Shown piece after piece: positions 52,765-61,695 of a DNA stretch of 64,000 bases; position 1 is the first letter of the stretch; the number at the start of each line of letters is the position of its first letter. The position numbers and the translations under genes were made by a program. The notes beneath the pieces were generated by a model. The model was not told where the DNA came from. It saw nothing but the letters and a program-made list of their open reading frames with translations, and did not search any database. Source of the stretch: a bacterium (lineage in GTDB: Bacteria; Bdellovibrionota_C; UBA2361; RFPC01); NCBI GenBank assembly GCA_030431715.1, contig JAUIIO010000004.1:977-64976 (forward strand), in the 5' to 3' direction.

Positions 52765-54944
52765 AGCTTGACCTTATTTTTCAGATTTGTGCTGGTTGTG
52801 CTGCTACGTTTCTTTTTCTTCGCATCCTTCTCAGCGTTTTCTTCTTCACTCACAGGTGCCTTAAAAGCATTCACAACGCCTCTACGGAAGCGAGCTCCAA
52901 GGCCTTCTGAGGCGCCAAGTTTAAATGGGCCCGAATCTTCTTTCGCCTGCTGACTTGCCTGTGGGGCGCTCTCTTGTGCAGGTTTTGCGAGAGAGAAGCC
53001 AGTTGATGAGGTCGATCCACTTGAAGCTGAGTGCTGCGAAGTTGTTTGAGCATGTTGTGGCTGTTGTTGAGGAGGAGGTGGTGGTGGCGCTTTTCTTAGC
53101 GGCTTCTTGTCTGGGGCAAAGCGAGGAGAGGTTTCCTGCTGCTCCTGATTTAAGATTCTCTCATCTACCCAGCTTGCAAGCCCAATACCGTCTTTTTCAA
53201 ATTTCTCAAGGTGAGTGATAAACTCTCTGCCCTCCCAAGAATCGGGAAGGTCGGCGTTAAACCAAAAGGCACGACCTTTTACAATTCGGCCATCGCCAGT
53301 ATCAAACCAAGCGAGACCTTTCTCCGCTGACATTTCGTGTTTGAGTTCGTCAGCGCTTACCAGATCTTCTTCATCCTCAGAGATATTAACACTCTGCGAT
53401 TCTCGGTTCATTGTGGAACCTGCCGTGGTCATGCCGGCTAATCCCGGAGTAGAGATCCCGGCAGCTACAGATTTCTTGGTGGTAGCGACTTTACCAAACC
53501 ACTTGGCCATATCTTCAGCAGTACGGTTATCACCGACTCGCATCATGACTTTTAAGTTTACGTTCGCCATTACCCGTTCATAGAATGCTTCACTCAAGCC
53601 AACGGACTGATCGGTAAGACCACCAGTTGATTGCGCTCCAAAGATAAGAGCAAAACGACCTTTTCGCGCGAGTTCAAAAAGGTTCGCCCACGTTGGGCCA
53701 AAGGTTGATGCTCCCTCATCGATAACGACAGGGTGTGGATCTTCAAGATGAAGGTGACGTGAAGAAGTTATCTCACCAATTGATACTTCGAGATCTTCGC
53801 GGAAGAGCTTCACCATTCGAGCCGCACTCTCAGCTTCCTCAAGACGAGGCAGCATAAAGTAAATAATCTTTCCACGCATAATGGCATCTGTAAGAACAAG
53901 ATCGGTGTATTCCGTACAGAAAACCGACCCCATTTCACTCCCCGAAATAGCATGTAGCTCAGAAGAGATACCACGCAGGTTGTCAGTAATCCTAGCGGTA
54001 TCAAGTGATCCTTTAGCCGTACGGTAACTTGAAGCGAGGTGGCCAAGCTCAACCATCGCTTTCTTAGCTCCTATTTTATGGAGCATATTTCGTAGCTGAG
54101 GGTATGCGAGCTTAAAAGCCGAGAGCGCAACAGCTATATCCTGTATAGTCCATGTAACTCCAAAGCTCTCCATGGCACGGACAAGGCGATAGATAGAATC
54201 AGCAGCGAGACGATCGTAGTGCTTGGTTGTGCTCTGGTCGGAAGTAGGCGGAAGACCTGCACGAAGAACCTTCCGAGCTTTTACATCAGCTCTCTGGTTT
54301 GTCATTACAAAGTTGTAAGCATGAAGCGGATCAAAGGGGTCTACAACAACGAGGTCTTCTATACGACCAGTTATAAGCGCCATAAGAATAATATGCGCAA
54401 GTGTAGCCGAATCACGCTTGGCATCGATAAAGGTACAACCACTGGCTCGTCCACGAGCCATCTGTTGAAACATAAGAGATTCAAGCCAGAGAGTTTTCCC
54501 CACCCCGGTCTTTGCAAATACGCACGCGTGGCTACAGAGATCCTCATCGCCAATCCACAGAGGAGCACCGGTATCTAGCTCAAAGCCTACTAGATAACGG
54601 TCTATCATGTTTTTGCCGCGGGCCTGCGCTTCCTGAAGTGCTTCAGTAAAGCAGTCTCTCTCAGGAGGAGATCCGAGTACTTTCTTTCCGCCTCGAAAAG
54701 CGCTCTCTGAAGAACGTTCGCGTTCTAGCCAAAACTGCTCGGCTAAGATCTTACCTTGTTGAAGAAAGGAGAATGCTGGCAGGCCAGCCAGAGCGGCAAG
54801 AAGCGTTGGATCCAGTCCGGCAGCTAGCGGTGAGGCCGCAACCCCGAGCGCACCGAGAGAGTAGAGAGAGCTTGAAAGAAGCGCCTTTTTTCGCTCTTCC
54901 TCCCTCATAAACTCAAAATTTGAAGACTTATATTGCCGTGCCAT
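52761..54944 (-). CDS. traD: type IV coupling protein (TraD/TrwB/VirD4 family) with C-terminal P/Q/S-rich disordered tail
   Basis: Walker A HACVFAKTGVGKT. VIDEGASTFGP...ARKGRFALIFGAQSTGGLTD aligns to TrwB LFIDELASL...GRKAGLRVVAGLQSTSQLDD. N-terminal TM helices. C-terminal PPPPPQQQPQHAQTTSQHSASSGSTSS tail. Confidence 0.85.
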   Translation of the reverse strand: MARQYKSSNFEFMREEERKKALLSSSLYSLGALGVAASPLAAGLDPTLLAALAGLPAFSFLQQGKILAEQFWLERERSSESAFRGGKKVLGSPPERDCFTEALQEAQARGKNMIDRYLVGFELDTGAPLWIGDEDLCSHACVFAKTGVGKTLWLESLMFQQMARGRASGCTFIDAKRDSATLAHIILMALITGRIEDLVVVDPFDPLHAYNFVMTNQRADVKARKVLRAGLPPTSDQSTTKHYDRLAADSIYRLVRAMESFGVTWTIQDIAVALSAFKLAYPQLRNMLHKIGAKKAMVELGHLASSYRTAKGSLDTARITDNLRGISSELHAISGSEMGSVFCTEYTDLVLTDAIMRGKIIYFMLPRLEEAESAARMVKLFREDLEVSIGEITSSRHLHLEDPHPVVIDEGASTFGPTWANLFELARKGRFALIFGAQSTGGLTDQSVGLSEAFYERVMANVNLKVMMRVGDNRTAEDMAKWFGKVATTKKSVAAGISTPGLAGMTTAGSTMNRESQSVNISEDEEDLVSADELKHEMSAEKGLAWFDTGDGRIVKGRAFWFNADLPDSWEGREFITHLEKFEKDGIGLASWVDERILNQEQQETSPRFAPDKKPLRKAPPPPPPQQQPQHAQTTSQHSASSGSTSSTGFSLAKPAQESAPQASQQAKEDSGPFKLGASEGLGARFRRGVVNAFKAPVSEEENAEKDAKKKKRSSTTSTNLKNKVKL

Positions 54945-54961
54945 ACGTTCCTTTGTCTGCC

Positions 54962-56962
54962 TTAACGAAATGCCATCTGAATATCATCTTGGAGATCATC
55001 AGTGATACCGTGCAGTAAATTATTAAAATGTTCTTGAGTTTCAGCCATATTAGCAAATGAAACAGAAGAAAATTCGTCTGTCCATCCACGCCCCAGTCTT
55101 TCAGCAATCCGAGAGCCTCGAAGTGGAACAATACTGCTCTGACCGGCAAGAGCGAGTTCATTTTGAGCGATGCCACTCGTTGGATTATGGAGCACTGCGA
55201 AGATAACAGAACTTTCTGGTACCGTGTAATCCCCTACTCTCCGTGCTAACCAACCATAGGTGTAAAGTACTATTCGAAACGCTGACCACTGTCTGAGATC
55301 TCTTTCGTCAAGTTGATGTAGCTCTGCGAGAGTCTGTCTCTCGTCTTTTGTGAGCGGAGCGAAAATCTTTTCGTATTCTGGAACACCACTTTTGATAGAG
55401 TCTGACATGGACTCGGCTTCAAGAGCGAGCTTTTGTTGCTCGGTGTACACATATTGGGCGAGCTCGGTGAGGCGTTTAAAATATTCTGCCGGTATGACTT
55501 TGCGCGCCACCTGCATAAGAGCCGTTACCGGCAAAAGGAGAAGGCCACCCGGAGTAATGTGGATCTGGTCTGGAAACTGAGAATCGAGTTCATGAACGGC
55601 AACGGTAAAAGCCTGTTTCCATAATTCGTGGCATTCATAGGTTAGAGCAAAAAGTTCGAGATCGTGAGTGGTATAAAGAATTTTAGCAGGTTGTTCGAGT
55701 AAAAGTTCAACCCATTGTCTGAGAGCTCGACTCTCAAGCGAGAGATCTGTCGCGAAACGTACAGGACCAAATACACTACTTCTTGAGGCATATATGAGGG
55801 CACGACGAATCGTTTTTCTTTGCTCAAAATCATATTCTCTTGCAAACGATGGAATAGAATGGAGGATGGCTCTTGCAGAAAGCTGTGGATAATTTGATTT
55901 TTGTATCCACCTTCCCCCTTCATCAGCATAACTTAAAACCTTGCCAGCCTGATAGGCCAGCAGCGTTGTAAAGATCATCTGCGGCGAGAGTGAGGCGATC
56001 GATTTCCGGAAAGATTCAGGAAGGCTCTGATGCATTGCCCGGTGCATTATATCCATATAGCTAGAAATGCTAAATGGTTCGGGGAGCTTCTCATGAGCAA
56101 GAATTCCCGCTGGTCCTTCAGCGCCAGAGCGATAACGATTATAGAGATCATGTGCTCGGGTAAGTAGTAAGTGAGACACGTCGGCAAGGGAGGCGTCTCC
56201 TGTAGGTGGCACCGTTGTCATTGACGGCGGGGCGGCAAATGCAGGTATATGATTCGCAGCAAGAAGAGCAGCGCAGAGTGTTACGTTCGTTTCATTCGCA
56301 GCCCCAGTCTTTTCAAGAAACTGCCCAAGTGAGGAACTCATGACTTCATCTCTTCCAACGAGTGCAGGACAGGCAAGTCCTACGACTTGAAAGTCCGGGG
56401 CTCCAAGAGAGTTTAGGTTTCTAAGACCAGCTTGGATTCCACTAAAATATGAACGACCGTTGCCTGTTTGCCCCAGAACGTCATCAGTGTTCTCATAAGG
56501 TTGATAGCGGCGCCTAGCGAGTAAGATGGCCAGAAGTGAAGTAAAGAGCCAGAGTCTTCCGGCGGCAAGTACGAGAAATGAAACTCGTAAAAACATAAAT
56601 TTGAAAGAGCCGAGCAGCCAGCTAAAGCCACCTCGACCGAGTGCCGCGAGATAAATTGATTCTGAAAAGTTATTGAAGGCGCGGACCTCTCCTATGGTAC
56701 CGTGTGCCTCAAGCCACGCACGGTAATCACGTTGCGTGACAACGAGCTCATGTAAGACAGGATTTCGCGATCTGATAAGTTGATTTTCAACTGCTGAGAA
56801 ATTTATTGAGGCTGGGCGAAAGGGAAGAATTGCCAGTGAGAGAATAAAGAGGACATACCCGGCTAAGAACACCAAGAACACAGGCCATAAAAACCTCGTC
56901 CAAAAACGTCGCTGGAGCCTAGCCAGCTCCTGAGTATGTGTACGTGATATTGAATCCGACAC
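54962..56962 (-). CDS. hypothetical membrane protein (666 aa) of the conjugation module
   Basis: Lies 18 nt upstream of the coupling-protein gene on the same strand. Two N-terminal TM regions. No Walker or relaxase motif confidently recognised. A LLTRAHDLY (H-D) segment is noted but unverified. Confidence 0.45.
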   Translation of the reverse strand: MSDSISRTHTQELARLQRRFWTRFLWPVFLVFLAGYVLFILSLAILPFRPASINFSAVENQLIRSRNPVLHELVVTQRDYRAWLEAHGTIGEVRAFNNFSESIYLAALGRGGFSWLLGSFKFMFLRVSFLVLAAGRLWLFTSLLAILLARRRYQPYENTDDVLGQTGNGRSYFSGIQAGLRNLNSLGAPDFQVVGLACPALVGRDEVMSSSLGQFLEKTGAANETNVTLCAALLAANHIPAFAAPPSMTTVPPTGDASLADVSHLLLTRAHDLYNRYRSGAEGPAGILAHEKLPEPFSISSYMDIMHRAMHQSLPESFRKSIASLSPQMIFTTLLAYQAGKVLSYADEGGRWIQKSNYPQLSARAILHSIPSFAREYDFEQRKTIRRALIYASRSSVFGPVRFATDLSLESRALRQWVELLLEQPAKILYTTHDLELFALTYECHELWKQAFTVAVHELDSQFPDQIHITPGGLLLLPVTALMQVARKVIPAEYFKRLTELAQYVYTEQQKLALEAESMSDSIKSGVPEYEKIFAPLTKDERQTLAELHQLDERDLRQWSAFRIVLYTYGWLARRVGDYTVPESSVIFAVLHNPTSGIAQNELALAGQSSIVPLRGSRIAERLGRGWTDEFSSVSFANMAETQEHFNNLLHGITDDLQDDIQMAFR

Positions 56963-57227
56963 GTTTTAAAACCTCATAAACAAAGGGATACTGTAGCATG
57001 TTATAGGCGTTTTCAACATAAGAGTAACGCAAGGAGTGCCGGCAATTTGTAAGTCTTTGTCCCCTGCCCAGTCCCCAGACGAAATTCATGCCGTATTTTG
57101 TGAAAATAATTCGCAGAAGAACGCTTTTCTAAGTACCTAAAAACACTAAATTTCGAGAATCTAGACGTTTTTCTGTGCGTGTAGGGTAACCATTTATTAA
57201 CCGCTACCCATAACAGTAGTGAAAGAC

Positions 57228-57246
57228 ATTTCGGAACGCCCGAAAT
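57228..57246. promoter_or_regulatory. inverted repeat atttcgg aacgc ccgaaat in the divergent promoter region of the T4SS operon
   Basis: Read directly. Lies 20-40 nt upstream of the first T4SS-operon gene, inside a 302-nt AT-rich gap between divergent conjugation operons. Confidence 0.35.
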
Positions 57247-57264
57247 TTAACTTGTAGAGGTTTT

Positions 57265-57636
57265 ATGATGAATACGAGCCGTTTCTTAAAGGGAGCCACG
57301 CTTAGCCTGATATGTCTGCTAACACTCCATAGCAGTTGCTTTGCTCAGGAGAGTAGTTCAGCAGTTCCAGTAGCTCGCGCAGAAGGTGCCACTCTTTCCA
57401 GAGCCGTAGGTCACTACGCCAGAGCACGAACGCTTCTTGTTGCCGCAATAAGAGAATTTGATCAAGCAAATCAGATGGTTAATCCAGATGCGCTTCTCGA
57501 CGCGGATGCATGGCGCAAATCACTCCTTGAACGCACAGAAGATCTTGAACGGATTCTCGATCCACAGCCACGGGTATCGGCTGCTGGTGTCAGATTTAAT
57601 GAAGAACCTTCAATGCTAGGTGAAGCAAGGAAGTGA
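57265..57636 (+). CDS. small secreted protein, RAQPRD-family-like, first gene of the T4SS operon
   Basis: Signal peptide ATLSLICLLTLHSSCFAQE. Internal ILDPQPRVSAAG resembles the RAQPRD signature of small ICE proteins that precede the T4SS genes in ICEclc/PFGI-1-type elements. SD AGAGG present. Confidence 0.4.
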   Translation: MMNTSRFLKGATLSLICLLTLHSSCFAQESSSAVPVARAEGATLSRAVGHYARARTLLVAAIREFDQANQMVNPDALLDADAWRKSLLERTEDLERILDPQPRVSAAGVRFNEEPSMLGEARK

Positions 57637-57667
57637 TGAATGCGGAAAAGTACTATAGGAGTACAGG

Positions 57668-58066
57668 ATGGATAATGGCGATGTGATACCGGGACTTGGT
57701 GAGAAGTGGAGCTTTATGGGCGCCACCGCCATGGAATGGATCTCAGGAGCCAGTATGGGGATCCTTATGCAAGAGTTTGTCTTTGGGGGAGGCTCCAAGA
57801 CCGTTCCTCTCTTGCTTGCTGTACTTCTGGCCACCACCTTCGGATTGGCGGGAGCACGTAAGAAGTTTCCGGATGAAGAAAAAGGTGTCGCAAACGCTCT
57901 GATGGTAAAGATGGGGGTCTTTCCACCACGAATGCCAGCGCCAGCGGAACTCCAACCGATCTGGAGCGGGGCGCCACTAAGAGAGTTGGATTCGGAAAGA
58001 GAATTTCGAGAGCTACGGCTTGATGAAATGTTTGAATTAGATAGCACGCTCGATGAAGAGCAATAA
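57668..58066 (+). CDS. TraL-like small inner-membrane T4SS protein
   Basis: 132 aa. SD ATAGGAG. WSFMGATAMEWISGASMGILMQ and a second hydrophobic helix resemble the F TraL / PFL_4702-family architecture. Position immediately before the TraE-like gene. Confidence 0.45.
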   Translation: MDNGDVIPGLGEKWSFMGATAMEWISGASMGILMQEFVFGGGSKTVPLLLAVLLATTFGLAGARKKFPDEEKGVANALMVKMGVFPPRMPAPAELQPIWSGAPLRELDSEREFRELRLDEMFELDSTLDEEQ

Positions 58067-58103
58067 GTTTTGTTAGCGGTTTTATCTTTAAAGGGTTTAG
58101 AAA

Positions 58104-58742
58104 ATGAATGTAGCCGATCTCATTAAGAGTACTGCAGGAGCAGAAACAAGAGAAAAAGCAGATACATTTAAGATCTGGGAAAACTATCGTGAACAGGCCA
58201 CGATGTGGCGAATTTTAGCGCTTCTTCAACTGGCGACCACCCCTCTCCTTCTTATCCTGTGTATTTTTATCTACTCAACCAGAAGTGTCACCTTACATGT
58301 TCCGGCGAAACCACTTCCCGGCCACTACCGCACAACTGAGATTCCCAAAAGTCTGTTTGTATCAAAAGCTACTGAGTTCATAAATCTTGTAGCCTCTTAT
58401 CAGCCTCGAACAGCGGAGAGACAATTTCATGCTGCTGCAGAGATGGTTGATGGCTCGTATCTTGAAAAGTTTGAGGAAGAGTCTCTCGGGCTAGAGCTTC
58501 GTGCCATTGAGAATACAGCGAGAACTCAGATCTATTTTATCGACCCGACACGCACCAACGTTGAATACAAGAGTGGTCATGTGTTTGTCACCTTTTATGG
58601 CGCACGAGCAAAGTACATCGCTGGACGCGAGATGCCATCAGTTGAAACCAAGTTTGTAGTGACGATGAAAACAGTACCACGCCAGAACGTAAATCGTTAC
58701 GGGATAGTGATTACAGATTTTGCAACGGAAAACATTGCATAA
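58104..58742 (+). CDS. TraE-like (VirB8-like) T4SS protein
   Basis: 212 aa. Single N-terminal TM helix RILALLQLATTPLLLILCIFIY, then a periplasmic domain of the size and spacing of F TraE. Confidence 0.55.
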   Translation: MNVADLIKSTAGAETREKADTFKIWENYREQATMWRILALLQLATTPLLLILCIFIYSTRSVTLHVPAKPLPGHYRTTEIPKSLFVSKATEFINLVASYQPRTAERQFHAAAEMVDGSYLEKFEEESLGLELRAIENTARTQIYFIDPTRTNVEYKSGHVFVTFYGARAKYIAGREMPSVETKFVVTMKTVPRQNVNRYGIVITDFATENIA

Positions 58743-58773
58743 GGGGATTTTAGGAGATTTGAGGAGCAGTACT

Positions 58774-59562
58774 ATGAAACAACAAAAACTTACAATAGGT
58801 AGCATTCTTGTCGGATGTCTCTTGCTTGTCTGTCAGAGCGCATTCGCGAGAGATGTGGATTATAACGATGCTGAGATATCGGTACGTGTTAAGCCGGGTG
58901 AGCCAACTCAAATAGAATTTCCAGGGGAAGTTTCAGGTGGTTTTCGTAAGAAGCTCTCATCTCTTTCCATAGATAAAAAAGGAGATGACCTCATCCTCTT
59001 CTCAAACGAACTTCTCACCCCAGAAGGAGAAGCTATTATCGTTCGGCTTAAAGACGGAAGAAATTACTCTATTCGTGTGAAGCGCTCAACTGAAGAGGCG
59101 CCGCGTGATGACGTTGTCCGAATTTATGATACCAGAGCATCGATCATTAGCAGCGAAGAAGAGCTTCCACCGTATGCTTCACCAAACGTGAAAAAAGCGA
59201 GTTCGAATCAGGTCAGCGGTTTTATGCGCGAGATGATTCTGGCAATGGAGTTTGGAAAGAATGGAATTCCGGGTTACCGCGTAAGTGAACGATTTAAGGG
59301 AGAAACCGTACTTGATGATGGTACGCTTCGAGCAACCATTGAACGAATATACATGGGGCCAAACTACTGGGGGTACGTTATTGAAGCTACCAATCTTCTC
59401 GATGAGACCAGACAGTTAAATCCAGCTACGTTTCGTCTCGATGGGACACGAGCGATATCGCTCAATAACTACGAGCTCTCTCCCCGTCCGCTCAATATTG
59501 AGCAGCAGATTGCAAAGAAGCATAAAGCGAAAGTGTACGTGATTACGAAAGCGAAGAGGTAA
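58774..59562 (+). CDS. TraK-like (secretin N0 / VirB9-like) T4SS protein
   Basis: Start re-set to ATG 58774-58776 (MKQQKLTIGSILVGCLLLVCQSAFA signal peptide, SD GAGGAG upstream). DAEISVRVKPGEPTQIEFPGEV...IILFSNELL pattern as in F TraK. Confidence 0.6.
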   Translation: MKQQKLTIGSILVGCLLLVCQSAFARDVDYNDAEISVRVKPGEPTQIEFPGEVSGGFRKKLSSLSIDKKGDDLILFSNELLTPEGEAIIVRLKDGRNYSIRVKRSTEEAPRDDVVRIYDTRASIISSEEELPPYASPNVKKASSNQVSGFMREMILAMEFGKNGIPGYRVSERFKGETVLDDGTLRATIERIYMGPNYWGYVIEATNLLDETRQLNPATFRLDGTRAISLNNYELSPRPLNIEQQIAKKHKAKVYVITKAKR

Positions 59563-59568
59563 GTAACG

Positions 59569-60750
59569 ATGAGTATGAAGCAGAGACTTGAAGATACCCT
59601 CTTACTCTTACGTGAGAATAGGAAGGCACAGTTCGTAGCCATATGTATTATGGGAGCAATCGCCTTTCTGATTGTAGGGGGTGGATCCAACCCACGACGA
59701 GCTCAGCAACCCGTTTCTCAGCAAGCGGATCTCCCGATCGATACCGCATCTGGAGCTAAGCGAGCAGAGCAGGCATATGAGGATTATACAACTTCACTTC
59801 GCCAGACAACGAAAGATATCAAAATACAGAATAAGCAGCTTCAAGAAGAGCTTGCTGAAATGAGAGAGCGCAGAGAAGAAGATCAACGCAAAGTCGCTGA
59901 GATTATGAAAGTGCTTATTCAGCGTGTTGAAGCCAACGAGAAATCAGCAGCGCCTCGTCAGGGAGGAGATGCCGATCCCGTTATTTACGCCGATGATGAT
60001 GGTATTGCCGATCCTGAGACAGAAGAGCTTACAAGCTTTGGAGACATTGATGACAATCAGGTTGTGCCACCACCACCGCCTGCACCAAATCTCGATGCCT
60101 ACATTTCACCAGCAGACTCTGTCCGAGTACAACTTCTTGCCGGGGTAAATGCTCCGACAGATGGAACGCCGTATCCGGTTATCTTCAAGCTGCTCAGTGA
60201 TATTCGCGGACCAGATGGGTCAGCTCTTCCGCTGGGAGAAGCAAGGCTTATCGCCGCAGCTCAAGGATCGCTTACTGATGCTCGTGCGCTCTTTCGACTC
60301 ACAACCCTTAGTATGAGATTCCCTGATGGCTCGAGAAGAGACGTTGAAGTGGATGGTTGGATTGTTGGTGAGGACGGTATCCGAGGAATGGAAGGTCAGC
60401 TCATCGACCCACTGGGAAAAGCGCTCGGTGCAGCATTTGTAACTGGAACGCTTAGTGGACTTGGTCAGGGAATCGCGGGAGCTCAGACAACCACAACGAT
60501 TACCAACACCGGACAACCCTATTCCTATGTAGACGGGGACACGCTGAGCTTTGCGCTTGGACGTGGACTTCAGGGAGCGTCTAGTGAATGGAGTGAGATT
60601 ATCCGTGAACGGCTACAACAGCTTGTGCCGGTTGTAAAAGTTTTTTCAGGAAGAGAAGCAACAGCAGTATTTGCACGACCTGTTCGTATAGATGGTCTGT
60701 ACGAGATGCTCACCGTTGCTGAAACGGACATATACGGAACACTAGATTAG
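59569..60750 (+). CDS. TraB-like (VirB10 family) T4SS protein
   Basis: N-terminal TM helix, coiled coil, proline-rich linker VVPPPPPAPNLD, and a C-terminal beta-rich domain. This is the architecture typical of VirB10/TraB. Confidence 0.6.
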   Translation: MSMKQRLEDTLLLLRENRKAQFVAICIMGAIAFLIVGGGSNPRRAQQPVSQQADLPIDTASGAKRAEQAYEDYTTSLRQTTKDIKIQNKQLQEELAEMRERREEDQRKVAEIMKVLIQRVEANEKSAAPRQGGDADPVIYADDDGIADPETEELTSFGDIDDNQVVPPPPPAPNLDAYISPADSVRVQLLAGVNAPTDGTPYPVIFKLLSDIRGPDGSALPLGEARLIAAAQGSLTDARALFRLTTLSMRFPDGSRRDVEVDGWIVGEDGIRGMEGQLIDPLGKALGAAFVTGTLSGLGQGIAGAQTTTTITNTGQPYSYVDGDTLSFALGRGLQGASSEWSEIIRERLQQLVPVVKVFSGREATAVFARPVRIDGLYEMLTVAETDIYGTLD

Positions 60751-60771
60751 AAATTTTATCGAGGTAGTATT

Positions 60772-61194
60772 ATGAAAAAATATATCACACTACTTAGTCT
60801 CTCACTCCTAGTATCAGGATGTTCGACTATGGGTAATATCTTAAACCCATTTTATGAAACTCCTGGACCTGAAGCTTTTAAGGGGCAACCAAACGATCAC
60901 GCGCTAAACGAGGAACGAGGAAAAGAGCAGGACGCACGGGCGCAGCTGGATCAGATGGCGACCTATGAGAGAGCCCACGCTCCCAAGCCGGTAAATCCTG
61001 TAGTACAGCCAGCAGTTGTAAGACTTATGTGGATTCCAGATCACCTAAACACCTCAGGAGATCTCGTTCCTGCTCACTACTACTATCTTAAAGTTTTAGA
61101 TGACCGCTGGAAGGTAACTGACGTGTTTGATCGTGAATCACAGCTTCAAACAGGAGGAGCTTCGGGCGCGATACCGTATGTCCCCGGCAATTAA
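60772..61194 (+). CDS. TraV-like outer-membrane lipoprotein
   Basis: Lipobox LLVSGCSTMG. 140 aa. Position after the TraB-like gene as in F-like and ICEclc-like loci. Confidence 0.55.
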   Translation: MKKYITLLSLSLLVSGCSTMGNILNPFYETPGPEAFKGQPNDHALNEERGKEQDARAQLDQMATYERAHAPKPVNPVVQPAVVRLMWIPDHLNTSGDLVPAHYYYLKVLDDRWKVTDVFDRESQLQTGGASGAIPYVPGN

Positions 61195-61218
61195 CAGGGA
61201 CACTGAAAGGGTTTTACT

Positions 61219-61695
61219 ATGTTTTTTAGAAATGCTTTAACCATAACACTTCTAGGCGCGGTAGCACTACCTCTAAGCTCTTGCTCTAGAGCGTATGTTA
61301 CCAACGATGAGCCGCCCAGAGTGAACCGTATAGCGAGGCGACAGCTGCCTCCTGAGCCTGTGTATAATCGGCTGCGCTGGGTACACCTGCCGTATACCAT
61401 CCCCACTGCCGATCGCCCACACTCAGATACGGCGCTTATGCCAATTTATCACCTTGAGCTTGCAGAGAATTCTCTTAAAGAAGCCGCGGCAGCACTCGCC
61501 TCTACAGCGCGATACTCAAGCTACTGTTCTGAACTTATTGCAGAAGATGTCATTTCTATTAGTACGCTCGGAACTATTGAAGAATTAGCGACGCAGATCG
61601 AAGAGCAAGCCGGAATAGAGGTTGTAGTCGATCACGAGAATAAAGAGGTGCGTTTTTTACCTCTCGATGCGACCAGTAATGGAGAAAATGCATGA
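61219..61695 (+). CDS. second lipoprotein of the T4SS operon (158 aa)
   Basis: Lipobox LPLSSCSRAY. Its TGA overlaps the ATG of the VirB4-like gene (ATGA at 61692-61695). Confidence 0.45.
   Translation: MFFRNALTITLLGAVALPLSSCSRAYVTNDEPPRVNRIARRQLPPEPVYNRLRWVHLPYTIPTADRPHSDTALMPIYHLELAENSLKEAAAALASTARYSSYCSELIAEDVISISTLGTIEELATQIEEQAGIEVVVDHENKEVRFLPLDATSNGENA

Noticed and set aside
52768-53583. Plus-strand ORFs 52768-52953, 52925-53218, 53215-53583 and minus ORF 52871-53053
   Set aside because: Antisense or alternative-frame to the T4CP gene, whose frame carries Walker A and TrwB-like motifs. The low-complexity tail region inflates spurious ORFs.
54962-56962. Calling the 666-aa protein a MOBH relaxase
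   Set aside because: Only a vague H-D-containing stretch. The N-terminal TM helices are atypical for relaxases. Left as a hypothetical protein.
57616-58047. 143-aa minus-strand ORF and the 68-70 aa ORFs at 57696-57977
   Set aside because: Antisense or nested relative to the TraL-like gene, which has an SD and correct operon position. Ser/Arg-rich nonsense translation.
58720-58773. Upstream start for the TraK-like gene (18 extra residues)
   Set aside because: Overlaps the TraE-like gene by 23 nt and lacks an SD. The ATG at 58774 has GAGGAG upstream and yields a proper signal peptide.
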